Position numbers and translations under genes: made by a program. From Eledone cirrhosa (lineage: Eukaryota), in assembly GCA_964016885.1 (NCBI GenBank), contig OZ024740.1:421972001-422036000 (forward strand): a stretch of 64,000 nucleotides of DNA, given 5' to 3'. Below the pieces are notes generated by a model. That model did no database searches, was not told the origin of the DNA, and worked only from the letters and a program-made list of their open reading frames with translations. Positions 20,501-34,561 of the stretch are shown here, in pieces (the first letter of the stretch is position 1; every line of letters starts with the position of its first letter).

Positions 20501-23500
20501 GTGCAATCAGTCGTTGGGTGTCACACTAGATGTGCCACTGGTGCAGCCAGACGTTGGGTGTCACACTAGATGTGCCACTGGTGCAGCAAGTCGTTGGGTC
20601 CCACACTAGATGAACCACTGGTGCAGCCAGTCGTTGGGGTCCCACACTAGATGTGCCACTGGTGCAGCCATTCGTTGGGTGTCACACTAGATGTGCCACT
20701 GGTGCAGTCAGTCGTTGGGGTCCCACACTAGATGTGCCACTGGTGCAGTCAGTCGTTGGGTGTCACACTAGATGTGCCACTGGTGCAGCCAGTCGTTGGG
20801 TCCCACACTAGATGTGCCACTGGTGCAGCCAGTCGTTGGGTGTCACACTAGATGTGCCACTGGTGCAGTCAGTCGTTGGGTGCCACGCTAGATGTGCCAC
20901 TGGTGCAGTAAGTCGTTGGGTCCCACACTAGATGTGCCACTGGTGCAGCCAGTCGTTGGGGTCCCACACTAGATGTGCCACTGGTGCAGCCAGTCATTGG
21001 GTGTCACGCTAGATGTGCCACTGGTGCAGTAAGTCGTTGGGTCCCACACTAGATGTGCCACTGGTGCAGCCAGTCGTTGGGGTCCCACACTAGATGTGCC
21101 ACTGGTGCAGCCAGTCATTGGGTGTCACACTAGATGTGCCACTGGTGCAGCAAGTCGTTGGGTGTCACACTAGATGTGCCACTGGTGCAGCCAGTCGTTG
21201 GGGTCCCACACTAGATGTGCCACTGGTGCAGCCAGTCATTGGGTGTCACGCTAGATGTGCCACTGGTGCAGCCAGTCATTGGGTGTCACGCTAGATGTGC
21301 CACTGGTGCAGCCAGTCATTGGGTGTCACACTAGATGTACCACTGGTGCAGCCAGTCATTGGGTGTCACGCTAGATGTGCCACTGGTGCAGCCAGTTGTT
21401 GGGGTGTCACATTAGATGTGCCACTGGTGCAGCCAGTCGTTGGGTGCCACACTAGATGTGCCACTGGTGCAACCAGTTGTTGGTGTGCCACACTAGATGT
21501 ACCACTGGTGCAGCCAGTTGTTGGGGTGTCACACTAGATGTGCCACTGGTGCAGCCAGTCGTTGGGTGCCACACTAGATGTACCACTGGTGCAGCCAGTC
21601 GTTGGGTGCCACACTAGATGTGCCACTGGTGCAGCCAGTCGTTGGGTGTCACACTAGATGTACCACTGGTGCAGCCAGTCGTTGGGTGTCACACTAGATG
21701 TGCCACTGGTGCAACCAGTTGTTGGTGTGCCACACTAGATGTGCCACTGGTACAGCCAGTCGTTGGGTCCCACACTAGATGTACCACTGGTGCAGCCAGT
21801 TGTTGGGGTGCCACACTAGATGTGCCACTGGTGCAGCCAGTCGTTGGGTGTCACACTAGATGTGCCACTGGTGCAGCCAGTCGTTGGGTTCCACACTAGA
21901 TGTGCCACTGGTGTAGCCAGTCGTTGGGTGCCACACTAGATGTACCACTGGTGCAGCCAGTCGTTGGGTGTCACACTAGATGTACCACTGGTGCAGCCAG
22001 TCGTTGGGGTCCCACACTAGATGTGCCACTGGTGTAGCCAGTCGTTGGGGTCCCACACTAGATGTACCACTGGTGCAGCCAGTCGTTGGGGTCCCACACT
22101 AGATGTGCCACTGGTGCAGCCAGTCGTTGGGTGTCACACTAGATGTGCCACTGGTGCAGTCAGTCGTTGGGTTCCCACACTAGACGTGCCACTGGTGCAG
22201 CCAGTCGTTGGGTGTCACACTAGATGTGCCACTGGTGCAGCCAGTCGTTGGGTGTCACACTAGATGTGCCACTGGTGCAGCCAGTCGTTGGGGTCCCACA
22301 CTAGACGTGCCACTGGTGCAGCCAGTCGTTGGGTCCCACACTAGATGTGCCACTGGTGCAGCCAGTCGTTGGGTCCCACACTAGACGTGCCACTGGTGCA
22401 GCCAGACGTTGGGTCCCACACTAGATGTGCCACTGGTGCAGCCAGTTGTTGGGTCCCACACTAGACGTGCCACTGGTGCAGCCAGTCGTTGGGGTCCCAC
22501 ACTAGACGTGCCACTGGTGCAGCCAGTCGTTGGGTCCCACACTAGATGTACCACTGGTGCAGCCAGTCGTTGGGGTCCCACACTAGACGTGCCACTGGTG
22601 CAGCCAGTCGTTGGGTCCCACACTAGATGTGCCACTGGTGCAGCCAGTCGTTGGGTGTCACACTAGATGTACCACTGGTGCAGCCAGTCGTTGGGGTCCC
22701 ACACTAGACTGCCACTGGTGCAGCCAGTCGTTGGGTCCCACACTAGATGTGCCACTGGTGCAGCCAGTCGTTGGGTGTCACACTAGATGTACCACTGGTG
22801 CAGCCAGTCGTTGGGGTCCCACACTAGACGTGCCACTAGTGCAGCCAGTCGTTGGGTGTCACACTAGATGTACCACTGGTGCAGCCAGTCGTTGGGGTCC
22901 CACACTAGACGTGCCACTGGTGCAGCCAGTCGTTGGGTCCCACACTAGATGTGCCACTGGTACAGCCAGTCATTGGGTGCCACGCTAGATGTGCCACTGG
23001 TGCAGCCAGTCGTTTGGTCCCACACTAGACGTGTCACTGGTGCAGCCAGTCGTTGGGTGTCACACTAGACGTGCCACTGGTGCAGTCAGTCGTTGGGTGT
23101 CACACTAGATGTACCACTGGTGCAGTCAGTCGTTGGGTGTCACACTAGATGTACCACTGGTGCAGCCAGTCGTTGGGGTCCCACACTAGACGTGTCACTG
23201 GTGCAGCCAGTCGTTGGGGTCCCACACTAGATGTGCCACTGGTGCAGCCAGTCATTGGGTGTCACGCTAGATATGCCACTGGTGCAGCCAGTCATTGGGT
23301 GTCACGCTAGATGTGCCACTGGTGCAGCCAGTCATTGGGTGCCACGCTAGATGTGCCACTGGTGCAGCCAGTTGTTGGGGTGTCACACTAGATGTGCCAC
23401 TGGTGCAGCCAGTTGTTGGGGTGTCACACTAGATGTGCCACTGGTGCAGCCAGTCGTTGGGTGCCACGCTAGATGTGCCACTGGTGCAGCCAGTTGTTGG

Positions 23501-26500
23501 GGTGTCACACTAGATGTGCCACTGGTGCAGCCAGTCGTTGGGTGTCACACTAGATGTGCCACTGGTGCAGCCAGTCGTTGGGTCCCACACTAGATGTGCC
23601 ACTGGTGTAACCAGTTGTTGGTGTGCCACACTAGATGTACCACTGGTGCAGCCAGTTGTTGGGGTGTCACACTAGATGTGCCACTGGTGCAGCCAGTCGT
23701 TGGGTGCCACACTAGATGTGCCACTGGTGCAGCCAGTCGTTGGGTGCCACACTAGATGTACCACTGGTGCAGCCAGTTGTTGGGGTGCCACACTAGATGT
23801 GCCACTGGTGCAGCCAGTCGTTGGGTCCCACACTAGATGTGCCACTGGTGTAACCAGTTGTTGGTGTGCCACACTAGATGTACCACTGGTGCAGCCAGTT
23901 GTTGGGGTGTCACACTAGATGTGCCACTGGTGAAGCCAGTCGTTGGGTTCCACACTAGATGTGCCACTGGTGCAGCCAGTCGTTGGGTGCCACACTAGAT
24001 GTGCCACTGGTGCAGCCAGTTGTTGGGGTTTCACACTAGATGTACCACTGGTGCAGCCAGTTGTTGGGGTGTCACACTAGATGTGCCACTGGTGCAGCCA
24101 GTCGTTGGGTCCCACACTAGATGTGCCACTGGTGTAACCAGTTGTTGGTGTGCCACACTAGATGTGCCACTGGTGCAGCCGGTCGTTGGAGTTCCACACT
24201 AGATGTGCCACTGGTACAGCCAGTCATTGAGGTGTCACACTAGATGTGCCACTGGTGTAACCAGTCGTTGGGTCCCACTCTAGATGTGTCACTGGTGCAG
24301 CCAGTCGTTGGGTCCCACACTAGATGTGCCACTGGTGCAACCAGTCGTTGGGTGTCACACTAGATGTACCACTGGTGCAGCCAGTCGTTGGGTGTTAAAC
24401 TAGATGTACCACTGGTGCAGCCAGTCGTTGGGGTCCCACACTAGATGTGCCACTGGTGTAGCCAGTCGTTGGGGTCCCACACTAGATGTACCACTGGTGC
24501 AGCCAGTCGTTGGGGTCCCACACTAGATGTGCCACTGGTGCAGCCAGTCGTTGGGTGTCACACTAGATGTGCCACTGGTGCAGTCAGTCGTTGGGTTCCC
24601 ACACTAGACGTGCCACTGGTGCAGCCAGTCGTTGGGTGTCACACTAGATGTGCCACTGGTGCAGCCAGTCGTTGGGTGTCACACTAGATGTGCCACTGGT
24701 GCAGCCAGTCGTTGGGGTCCCACACTAGACGTGCCACTGGTGCAGCCAGTCGTTGGGTCCCACACTAGATGTGCCACTGGTGCAGCCAGTCGTTGGGTCC
24801 CACACTAGACGTGCCACTGGTGCAGCCAGACGTTGGGTCCCACACTAGATGTGCCACTGGTGCAGCCAGTTGTTGGGTCCCACACTAGACGTGCCACTGG
24901 TGCAGCCAGTCGTTGGGGTCCCACACTAGACGTGCCACTGGTGCAGCCAGTCGTTCGGTCCCACACTAGACGTGCCACTGGTGCAGCCAGTCGTTGGGGT
25001 CCCACACTAGACGTGCCACTGGTGCAGCCAGTCGTTGGGTCCCACACTAGATGTACCACTGGTGCAGCCAGTCGTTGGGGTCCCACACTAGACGTGCCAC
25101 TGGTGCAGCCAGTCGTTGGGTCCCACACTAGATGTGCCACTGGTGCAGCCAGTCGTTGGGTGTCACACTAGATGTACCACTGGTGCAGCCAGTCGTTGGG
25201 GTCCCACACTAGACTGCCACTGGTGCAGCCAGTCGTTGGGTCCCACACTAGATGTGCCACTGGTGCAGCCAGTCGTTGGGTGTCACACTAGATGTACCAC
25301 TGGTGCAGCCAGTCGTTGGGGTCCCACACTAGACGTGCCACTGGTGCAGCCAGTCGTTGGGTGTCACACTAGATGTACCACTGGTGCAGCCAGTCGTTGG
25401 GGTCCCACACTAGACGTGCCACTGGTGCAGCCAGTCGTTGGGTCCCACACTAGATGTGCCACTGGTACAGCCAGTCATTGGGTGCCACGCTAGATGTGCC
25501 ACTGGTGCAGCCAGTCGTTTGGTCCCACACTAGACGTGTCACTGGTGCAGCCAGTCGTTGGGTGTCACACTAGACGTGCCACTGGTGCAGTCAGTCGTTG
25601 GGTGTCACACTAGATGTACCACTGGTGCAGTCAGTCGTTGGGTGTCACACTAGATGTACCACTGGTGCAGCCAGTCATTGGGTGTCACGCTAGATATGCC
25701 ACTGGTGCAGCCAGTCATTGGGTGTCACGCTAGATGTGCCACTGGTGCAGCCAGTCATTGGGTGCCACGCTAGATGTGCCACTGGTGCAGCCAGTTGTTG
25801 GGGTGTCACACTAGATGTGCCACTGGTGCAGCCAGTTGTTGGGGTGTCACACTAGATGTGCCACTGGTGCAGCCAGTCGTTGGGTGCCACGCTAGATGTG
25901 CCACTGGTGCAGCCAGTTGTTGGGGTGTCACACTAGATGTGCCACTGGTGCAGCCAGTCGTTGGGTGCCACACTAGATGTACCACTGGTGCAGCCAGTCG
26001 TTGGGTGCCACACTAGATGTGCCACTGGTGCAGCCAGTCGTTGGGTGTCACACTAGATGTACCACTGGTGCAGCCAGTCGTTGGGTGCCACACTAGATGT
26101 ACCACTGGTGCAGCCAGTCGTTGGGTGTCACACTAGATGTGCCACTGGTGCAGCCAGTCGTTGGGTGCCACACTAGATGTACCACTGGTGCAGCCAGTTG
26201 TTGGGGTGTCACACTAGATGTGCCACTGGTGCAGCCAGTCGTTGGGTCCCACACTAGATGTGCCACTGGTGTAACCAGTTGTTGGTGTGCCACACTAGAT
26301 GTACCACTGGTGCAGCCAGTTGTTGGGGTGTCACACTAGATGTGCCACTGGTGCAGCCAGTCGTTGGGTGCCACACTAGATGTGCCACTGGTGCAGCCAG
26401 TCGTTGGGTGCCACACTAGATGTACCACTGGTGCAGCCAGTTGTTGGTGTGCCACACTAGATGTGCCACTGGTGCAGCCAGTCGTTGGGTCCCACATTAG

Positions 26501-29500
26501 ATGTGCCACTGGTGTAACCAGTTGTTGGTGTGCCACACTAGATGTACCACTGGTGCAGCCAGTTGTTGGGGTGTCACACTAGATGTGCCACTGGTGCAGC
26601 CAGTCGTTGGGTGCCACACTAGATGTGCCACACTAGATGTGCCACTGGTGCAGCCAGTCGTTGGGTTCCACACTAGATGTGCCACTGGTGCAGCCAGTTG
26701 TTGGGGTTTCACACTAGATGTACCACTGGTGCAGCCAGTTGTTGGGGTGTCACACTAGATGTACCACTGGTGTAACCAGTCGTTGGGTCCCACTCTAGAT
26801 GTGTCACTGGTACAGCCAGTCGTTGGGTGCCACTGGTACAGCCAGTCGTTGGGTGCCATGCTAGATGTGCCACTGGTGCAGCCAGTCATTGGGTGCCACG
26901 CTAGATGTGCCAATGGTGCAGCCAGTCATTGGGTGCCACGCTAGATGTGCCACTGGTGCAGCCAGTCATTGGGTGCCACGCTAGATGTGCCACTGGTGCA
27001 GCCAGTCATTGGATGCCACGCTAGATGTGCCAATGGTGCAGCCAGTCATTGGGTGCCACGCTAGATGTGCCACTGGTGCAGCCAGTCGTTGGGTGTCACA
27101 CTAGATGTGCCACTGGTGCAGCCAGTCGTTCGGTCCCACACTAGATGTGCCACTGGTGCAGCCAGTCGTTGGGTGTCACACTAGATGTGCCACTGGTGCA
27201 GTCAGTCGTTGGGTGTCACACTAGATGTGCCACTGGTGCAGCCAGTCATTGGGTGCCACGCTAGATGTGCCACTGGTACAGCCAGTTATTGGGGTGCCAC
27301 GCTAGATGTGCCACTAGTGCAGCCAGTCGTTGGGTCCCACACTAGATGTGCCACTGGTGTAACCAGTTGTTGGTGTGCCACACTAGATGTGCCACTGGTG
27401 CAGCCGGTCGTTGGAGTTCCACACTAGATGTGCCACTGGTACAGCCAGTCATTGAGGTGTCACACTAGATGTGCCACTGGTGTAACCAGTCGTTGGGTCC
27501 CACTCTAGATGTGTCACTGGTACAGCCAGTCGTTGGGTGCCACTGGTACAGCCAGTCGTTGGGTGCCACTGGTGCAGCCAGTCGTTGGGTGCCATGCTAG
27601 ATGTGCCACTGGTGCAGCCAGTCATTGGGTGCCACGCTAGATGTGCCAATGGTGCAGCCAGTCATTGGGTGCCACGCTAGATGTGCCACTGGTGCAGCCA
27701 GTCATTGGGTGCCACGCTAGATGTGCCACTGGTGCAGCAAGTCATTGGGTGCCACGCTAGATGTGCCAATGGTGCAGCCAGTCATTGTGTGCCACGCTAG
27801 ATGTGCCACTGGTGCAGCCAGTCATTGGGTGTCACGCTAGATGTGCCACTGGTGCAGCCAGTCATTGGGTGACACACTAGATGTGCCACTTGTGTAGCCA
27901 GTCATTAGGGTCCCACACTAGATGTGCCACTGGTGCAGCCAGTCATTGGGTGCCACGCTAGATGTGCCACTGGTGCAGCCAGTCGTTGGGTCCCACACTA
28001 GATGTGCCACTGGTGCAGCCAGTCGTTGGGTCCCACACTAGATGTGCCACTGGTGCAGCCAGTCGTTGGGTCCCACACTAGATGTGCCACTGGTACAGCC
28101 AGTCATTGGGTGCCACGCTAGATGTGCCACTGGTGCAGCCAGTCGTTTGGTCCCACACTAGACGTGTCACTGGTGCAGCCAGTCGTTGGGTGTCACACTA
28201 GACGTGCCACTGGTGCAGTCAGTCGTTGGGTGTCACACTAGATGTACCACTGGTGCAGTCAGTCGTTGGGTGTCACACTAGATGTACCACTGGTGCAGCC
28301 AGTCGTTGGGGTCCCACACTAGACGTGTCACTGGTGCAGCCAGTCGTTGGGGTCCCACACTAGATGTGCCACTGGTGCAGCCAGTCATTGGGTGTCACGC
28401 TAGATATGCCACTGGTGCAGCAAGTCGTTGGGTCCCACACTAGATGTGCCACTGGTGCAGCCAGTCATTGGGTGTCACGCTAGATGTGCCACTGGTGCAG
28501 CCAGTCATTGGGTGCCACGCTAGATGTGCCACTGGTGCAGCCAGTTGTTGGGGTGTCACACTAGATGTGCCACTGGTGCAGCCAGTTGTTGGGGTGTCAC
28601 ACTAGATGTGCCACTGGTGCAGCCAGTTGTTGGGGTGTCACACTAGATGTGCCACTGGTGCAGCCAGTCGTTGGGTGCCACGCTAGACGTGCCACTGGTG
28701 CAGCCAGTTGTTGGGGTGTCACACTAGATGTGCCACTGGTGCAGCCAGTCGTTGGGTGCCACTGGTGCAGCCAGTCGTTGGGTGTCACACTAGATGTGCC
28801 ACTGGTGCAGCCAGTCGTTGGGTGCCACACTAGATGTACCACTCGTGCAGCCAGTTGTTGGGGTGTCACACTAGATGTGCCACTGGTGCAGCCAGTCGTT
28901 GGGTGCCACACTAGATGTACCACTGGTGCAGCCAGTCGTTGGGTGCCACACTAGATGTGCCACTGGTGCAGCCAGTTGTTGGGTGTCACACTAGATGTGC
29001 CACTGGTGCAGCCAGTCGTTGGGTGCCACACTAGATGTGCCACTGGTGCAGCCAGTCGTTGGGTGTCACACTAGATGTGCCACTGGTGCAGCCAGTCGTT
29101 GGGTGCCACACTAGATGTGCCACTGGTGCAGCCAGTCGTTGGGTCCCACACTAGATGTGCCACTGGTGCAGCCAGTCGTTGGGTGCCACACTAGATGTAC
29201 CACTGGTGCAGCCAGTTGTTGGGGTTTCACACTAGATGTACCACTGGTGCAGCCAGTCGTTGGGTGCCACACTAGATGTGCCACTGGTGCAGCCAGTTGT
29301 TGGGGTGTCACACTAGATGTGCCACTGGTGCAGCCAGTCGTTGGGTGCCACACTAGATGTGCCACTGGTGCAGCCAGTCGTTGGGTGCCACACTAGATGT
29401 ACCACTGGTGCAGCCAGTTGTTGGGGTGCCACACTAGATGTGCCACTGGTGCAGCCAGTCGTTGGGTCCCACACTAGATGTGCCACTGGTGTAACCAGTT

Positions 29501-31220
29501 GTTGGTGTGCCACACTAGATGTACCACTGGTGCAGCCAGTCGTTGGGTGCCACACTAGATGTGCCACTGGTGCAGCCAGTCGTTGGGTCCCACACTAGAT
29601 GTGCCACTGGTGTAACCAGTTGTTGGTGTGCCACACTAGATGTACCACTGGTGCAGCCAGTTGTTGGGGTGTCACACTAGATGTGCCACTGGTGCAGCCA
29701 GTTGTTGGGGTGTCACACTAGATGTACCACTGGTGCAGCCAGTCGTTGGGTCCCACACTAGATGTGCCACTGGTGCAGCCAGTTGTTGGGGTGTCACACT
29801 AGATGTGCCACTGGTGCAGCCAGTCGTTGGGTGCCACACTAGATGTGCCACTGGTGCAGCCAGTCGTTGGGTGCCACACTAGATGTGCCACTGGTGCAGC
29901 CAGTTGTTGGGGTTTCACACTAGATGTACCACTGGTGCAGCCAGTTGTTGGGGTGTCACACTAGATGTACCACTGGTGCAGCCAGTCGTTGGGTCCCACA
30001 CTAGATGTGCCACTGGTGCAGCCAGTCGTTGGGTCCCACACTAGATGTGCCACTGGTGTAACCAGTTGTTGGTGTGCCACACTAGATGTGCCACTGGTGC
30101 AGCCGGTCGTTGGAGTTCCACACTAGATGTGCCACTGGTACAGCCAGTCATTGAGGTGTCACACTAGATGTGCCACTGGTGTAACCAGTCGTTGGGTCCC
30201 ACTCTAGATGTGTCACTGGTACAGCCAGTTGTTGGGTGCCACTGGTACAGCCAGTCGTTGGGTGCCATGCTAGATGTGCCACTGGTGCAGCCAGTCATTG
30301 GGTGCCACGCTAGATGTGCCAATGGTGCAGCCAGTCATTGGGTGCCACGCTAGATGTGCCACTGGTGCAGCCAGTCATTGGGTGCCACGCTAGATGTGCC
30401 ACTGGTGCAGCCAGTCATTGGGTGCCACGCTAGATGTGCCAATGGTGCAGCCAGTCATTGGGTGCCACGCTAGATGTGCCACTGGTGCAGCCAGTCATTG
30501 GGTGCCATGCTAGATGTGCCACTGGTGCAGCCAGTCGTTGGGTGTCACACTAGATGTGCCACTGGTGCAGCCAGTCGTTCGGTCCCACACTAGATGTGCC
30601 ACTGGTGCAGCCAGTCGTTGGGTGTCACACTAGATGTGCCACTGGTGCAGTCAGTCGTTGGGTGTCACACTAGATGTGCCACTGGTGCAGCCAGTCATTG
30701 GGTGCCACGCTAGATGTGCCACTGGTACAGCCAGTTATTGGGGTGCCACGCTAGATGTGCCACTAGTGCAGCCAGTTATTGGGGTGCCACGCTAGATGTG
30801 CCACTGGTGCAGCCAGTCATTGGGTGCTACGCTAGATGTGCCACTGGTGTAACCAGTTGTTGGGTGCCACTCTAGAGGCTTTTGCTGTCAGTTGTCGCCA
30901 GTGTTGTGACCTGTCCAGCCTTTGATGTTGTTGGACCAGGATTTTCTTTGTCTCTCCTTCACTCTCCCTCGACTGTGCCCTGAAGGAGGGTTTTGGAGGA
31001 GTTGTCGTAGGATATATCACCATACCAGGCAAGCCTCAATCTTTTCAGCATCACAAAGAGAAGTTCCTGTCTGCCATCATATTTGTTAACTTGTCTGATA
31101 AAGCTGTTTTGAACTCCATATATAGGATGTGTAGCAACCGTCTGAAGCTCTTGTGCTCAAATCGTTGAATTGTTTGTTCCATGTCTGCAGAGCCCACCTC
31201 CCACACCCATACAAAAGGAT
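17588..31220 (-). mobile_element. Degenerate 5'-truncated RTE LINE (different family) split by the 40-bp satellite
   Basis: Minus strand 31220-30877 translates, with frameshifts, to LLYGC...IQRFEHKSFRRLLHI, LRLAWYG, KTLLQGTVEG, RQRKSWSNNIKGWTG, HWRQLTAKASRVAP. The tail TCTGGGAACATGATGACGATG lies at 17608-17588. Confidence 0.75.
17609..30876. repeat. 40/41-bp satellite, ~330 monomers (consensus TAGATGTGCCACTGGTGCAGCCAGTCGTTGGGTSYCACAC)
   Basis: Uninterrupted tandem array with point variants, G3/G4 length variants and rare 26-bp deleted units. Confidence 0.98.
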
Positions 31221-31482
31221 CCATGTTAGTTTGTCAATTTTTCTGTTGTCTTGAGTAGATTATTTTCCTTTTTTTAGTAAATTGCAATTGTTTTTTGTTC
31301 TTTGTTGCTTTTTTTAATAATTATGTACATTCTGGAAATCTAGAACCATTATTGTACCATTGTCAGGTCTGTCTTGTAGCATGAACACACTGGACAGGTC
31401 TGGGGAGGAGGACAACAGGAAGGGTCAATGCCCATAGTTTTTACAGGCCCTCCAAGATCGATGCTGTTAATGTTCTGCTTAA

Positions 31483-31684
31483 CCCTTTAGCATTTAAACC
31501 GGCCGTATCCAGCCAGAATTCTCTCAACTCTTTCTGTTCAAACTGCCTGTAACTGGCCACTCATTCAGATGTTAAGGTGTTGTTCTCAAAATAAATGATA
31601 TCAAGATCTCATAGATTCGATATTATGTGAGATATTATAATGAAAATATAACTGTAAATATAGAGTAATGTAAATGTTAAAGGG
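31483..31684. mobile_element. piggyBac-type MITE (202 bp)
   Basis: TTAA on both sides (31479-31482, 31685-31688). 14-bp terminal inverted repeats CCCTTTAGCATTTA / TAAATGTTAAAGGG with 1 mismatch. Confidence 0.85.
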
Positions 31685-31929
31685 TTAAACTATTACTAGT
31701 TCACTTCTTTCAGAAAGACATGAACAAAGGAGGATATTCAGTACATGAAGTAGTGGGTGTTGGACAAACATAGGTGATAAGAGGAGGAAAGACATGTGAG
31801 TTAAGAATATCTAGAGTGGAGGTGGAGCAGAGACCAGCAACCTCCAAAGAGCAGAGACCTTTGTAGTAGAAGTAGGAAAGGAGACAACATGTCTGTAGGA
31901 CAGAAGCTGGTGAGTGTCTCTGGGGGATG

Positions 31930-32353
31930 TTATATTTTGAATGCCCATGAGGACTTTAGTTGTATTCTGCTTATATTGAAAGAAGATTGGTGGGATAATG
32001 TTTTCTTGAACTGAACAGTGCTTCAGGTTTTTAATGAAGTAGGTGTAAAAGCCAAACTCACTATCTTCAATCCAGTATAGGTGCCAACACTTGGCTATGG
32101 TTATGGCTTTTGGGTAATGACTGAAAAGAATATGATCGCAAATAATTGTTTCTACCTTGGCACAAGGCCAGAAATTACCCAGTACATTACTGGTACTTTA
32201 TTTTATCAACCCCGTAAGGATGAAAGGCAAAGTTAACCTCGATGGGATTTGAACTCAGACCGTAAAGGGACGTAACTATGCTAGAAAGCATGGCATCCAA
32301 CCCTCTACCGATACAATTCATCGCTCTTATCGCAAATAATGATAATGATCGCA

Positions 32354-32390
<37 letters not shown>

Positions 32391-32480
32391 GCAAGAAGAA
32401 GAAGGAGGAGGAGGGATGTAGTTGAAAGAGATGAGAGGGCATGACCCCACTGGAGGATACTTCAAGGAGGTCTCTTTTCA
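31930..32480 (+). mobile_element. Highly degenerate RTE (Rex3/Expander-like) RT C-terminal fragment interrupted by a SINE
   Basis: 32045-32145 translates VKAKLTIFNPV*VPTLGYGYGFWVMTE, resembling RTE 'KAKLSIF...VPTLTYGHE.WVMTE' (recalled, not searched). Confidence 0.5.
32147..32328 (-). mobile_element. tRNA-SINE, same family as 7143, with TSD ATCGCAAATAAT
   Basis: Near-identical to 7143-7286 and extends further into the tRNA head. The TSD occurs at 32135-32146, 32329-32340 and again at 32348-32359, followed by (AAT)n. Confidence 0.85.
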
Positions 32481-34221
32481 TGGAATTAGTGCAGGTTTCA
32501 TATGTAGTGTTTAGATTGCAGGCCAATGATGTTTGGTTTTCGAAGGTTATAGAAGGAAGTTGGTATGAGTAGATGTTGTTGGACACAGAGGTGTCACCAG
32601 AGTGTGACACCTACCATGGCACATACCATAGGTGTCACTTGGACTAAGAGGAACACTTTCTATTAAAGTCAGATAAATTATAGTTGGAGAATGAAATAAG
32701 CAACTCCTTCAGATGTATGATCTGTCTGATTATCGTGGGTGAGAAACACTATGGCGGCTGGATCATTAAACTATTTATATGAATTATTAGGCCCATAGGT
32801 AAAAATACAGTGCTGGGAACTACATGACTACATAGGCATACCTCATAGTATTACTTGCCTAATATTTTAATAGGGTCTAATATTTGTCAAAGATCAGTTT
32901 ATCACAGATTGCTCCCTTTAAATACTCCAAAACTTTTGCAAATACTTCACATATACTTAAGTGTAAAGGATACTTGTTTGGGCAGGGGTGTGATTTCATT
33001 GCTTGCCATAGGTGATATGTTCCCTAGTTATGTCTCTGGCTGCACATGATGGCTAGTAGGTAGGTCATTGATGTTGGGAATGAAGAGTGTGAAGAACAAA
33101 ACTAAATCCTGGGCCACACCAGAGTTTATATAGTAAGAGAGAGAGAGTATCATCAACACACACTGTAACAGTATAATAGTAAGCTACTGATCCAGGTATA
33201 TTTTTCAACATAGTCTCTCTTACAGTCAACACATTTCTTCCATTGGTGTTACTGGTCACCACACTTCTTCTATTGGTGTTACCGGTCACCACACTTCTTC
33301 CATCAGTGTTACTGGTCAATAGACTTCTTCCATTGGTGTTACCGGTCAACACACTTCTCCCATTGGTGTTACTGGTCAACACATTTCTTCCATTGGTGTT
33401 ACCGGTCAACACATTTCTTCAATTGGTGTTACTGGTCAACACACTTCTTCTATTGGGGTTACTGGTCACCACACTTCTTCCATTGGTGTTACTGGTCACC
33501 ACACTTCTTCCATCGGTGTTACTGATCACCACACTTCTTCCATCGGTGTTACTGGTCAACAGACTTCTTCCATTGGTGTTACTGGTCCACAGACTTCTTC
33601 CATTGGTGTTACTGGTCACCACACTTCTTCCATCGGTGTTACTGGTACACACACTTCTTCCATCGGTGTTACTGGTACACACACTTCTTCCATTGGTGTT
33701 ACTGGTGCACACACTTCTTCCATTGGTGTTACCGGTCACCACACTTCTTCCATCAGTGTTCCTGGTACACACACTTCTTCCATTGGTGTTACCGGTCCAC
33801 ACACTTCTTCCATTGGTGTTACTGGTCCACACACTTCTTCCATTGGTGTTACTGGTCACCACACTTCTTCCATCAGTGTTCCTGGTACACACACTTCTTC
33901 CATTGGTGTTACCGGTCCACACACTTCTTCCATTGGTGTTACTGGTCCACACACTTCTTCCATTGGTGTTACCGGTCACCACACTTCTTCTATCAGTGTT
34001 CCTGGTACACACACTTCTTCCATCGGTGTTACCGGTCAACACACTTCTTCCATTGGTCTTACTGGTCACCACACTTCTTCCATCGGTGTTAACGGTCAAC
34101 ACACTTCTTCCATCTGTGTTACCGGACAACACACTTCTTTCATCGGTGTTGCCAGTCAACACATTTCTTCCATCAGTGTTACCGGTCAACATGGTCAAGA
34201 CACTTCTTCCATTGATGTTAC

Positions 34222-34561
34222 AGGATTTAGATCACATTAGTGAAGAATCTTTCATGTACCACTCCTTACTTTGCCATTATGTCTCTGCATCGTACCCAAC
34301 CATGATTTCTCTCCTGTTATTATTTATCCAAGAAATTTGACTCACTTTTAGTTTTTCCAGAAAATCCTGACAAATCTCCAGCTGGTTCATTTTTTGCTCC
34401 AGTGATAAATGTTTGGGCCCTAGTTTTGCACACATTTTTTGCATGTTCAAATGGTCTGCTGACATTGCATGAACTGTATTTTTATCCAACTCCATTTTTA
34501 CTGCAATCATTCTAACACTTAATCAGTGATCTATGGCCATCACCAGTTGCACCACTTTGTA
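34222..34561 (-). pseudogene. Mariner transposase fragment, spacer copy 1
   Basis: LSVRMIAVKMELDKNTVH...HLNMQKMCAKLGPKHLSLEQKMNQLEICQDFLE...ITGEKSW...YDAET*WQSKEW corresponds to mariner HTH2, the WVP-like linker and the start of the catalytic domain. Confidence 0.85.

Noticed and set aside
18922-30353. Short ORFs MCHWCSQ…/MAHLVW…
   Set aside because: Translations of the 40-bp satellite; the frame cycles each monomer and hits TAG.
17609-30876. CRISPR-like appearance of the 40-bp (and 30-bp) arrays
   Set aside because: No unique spacers, no cas genes, and a eukaryotic context. These are head-to-tail satellites.
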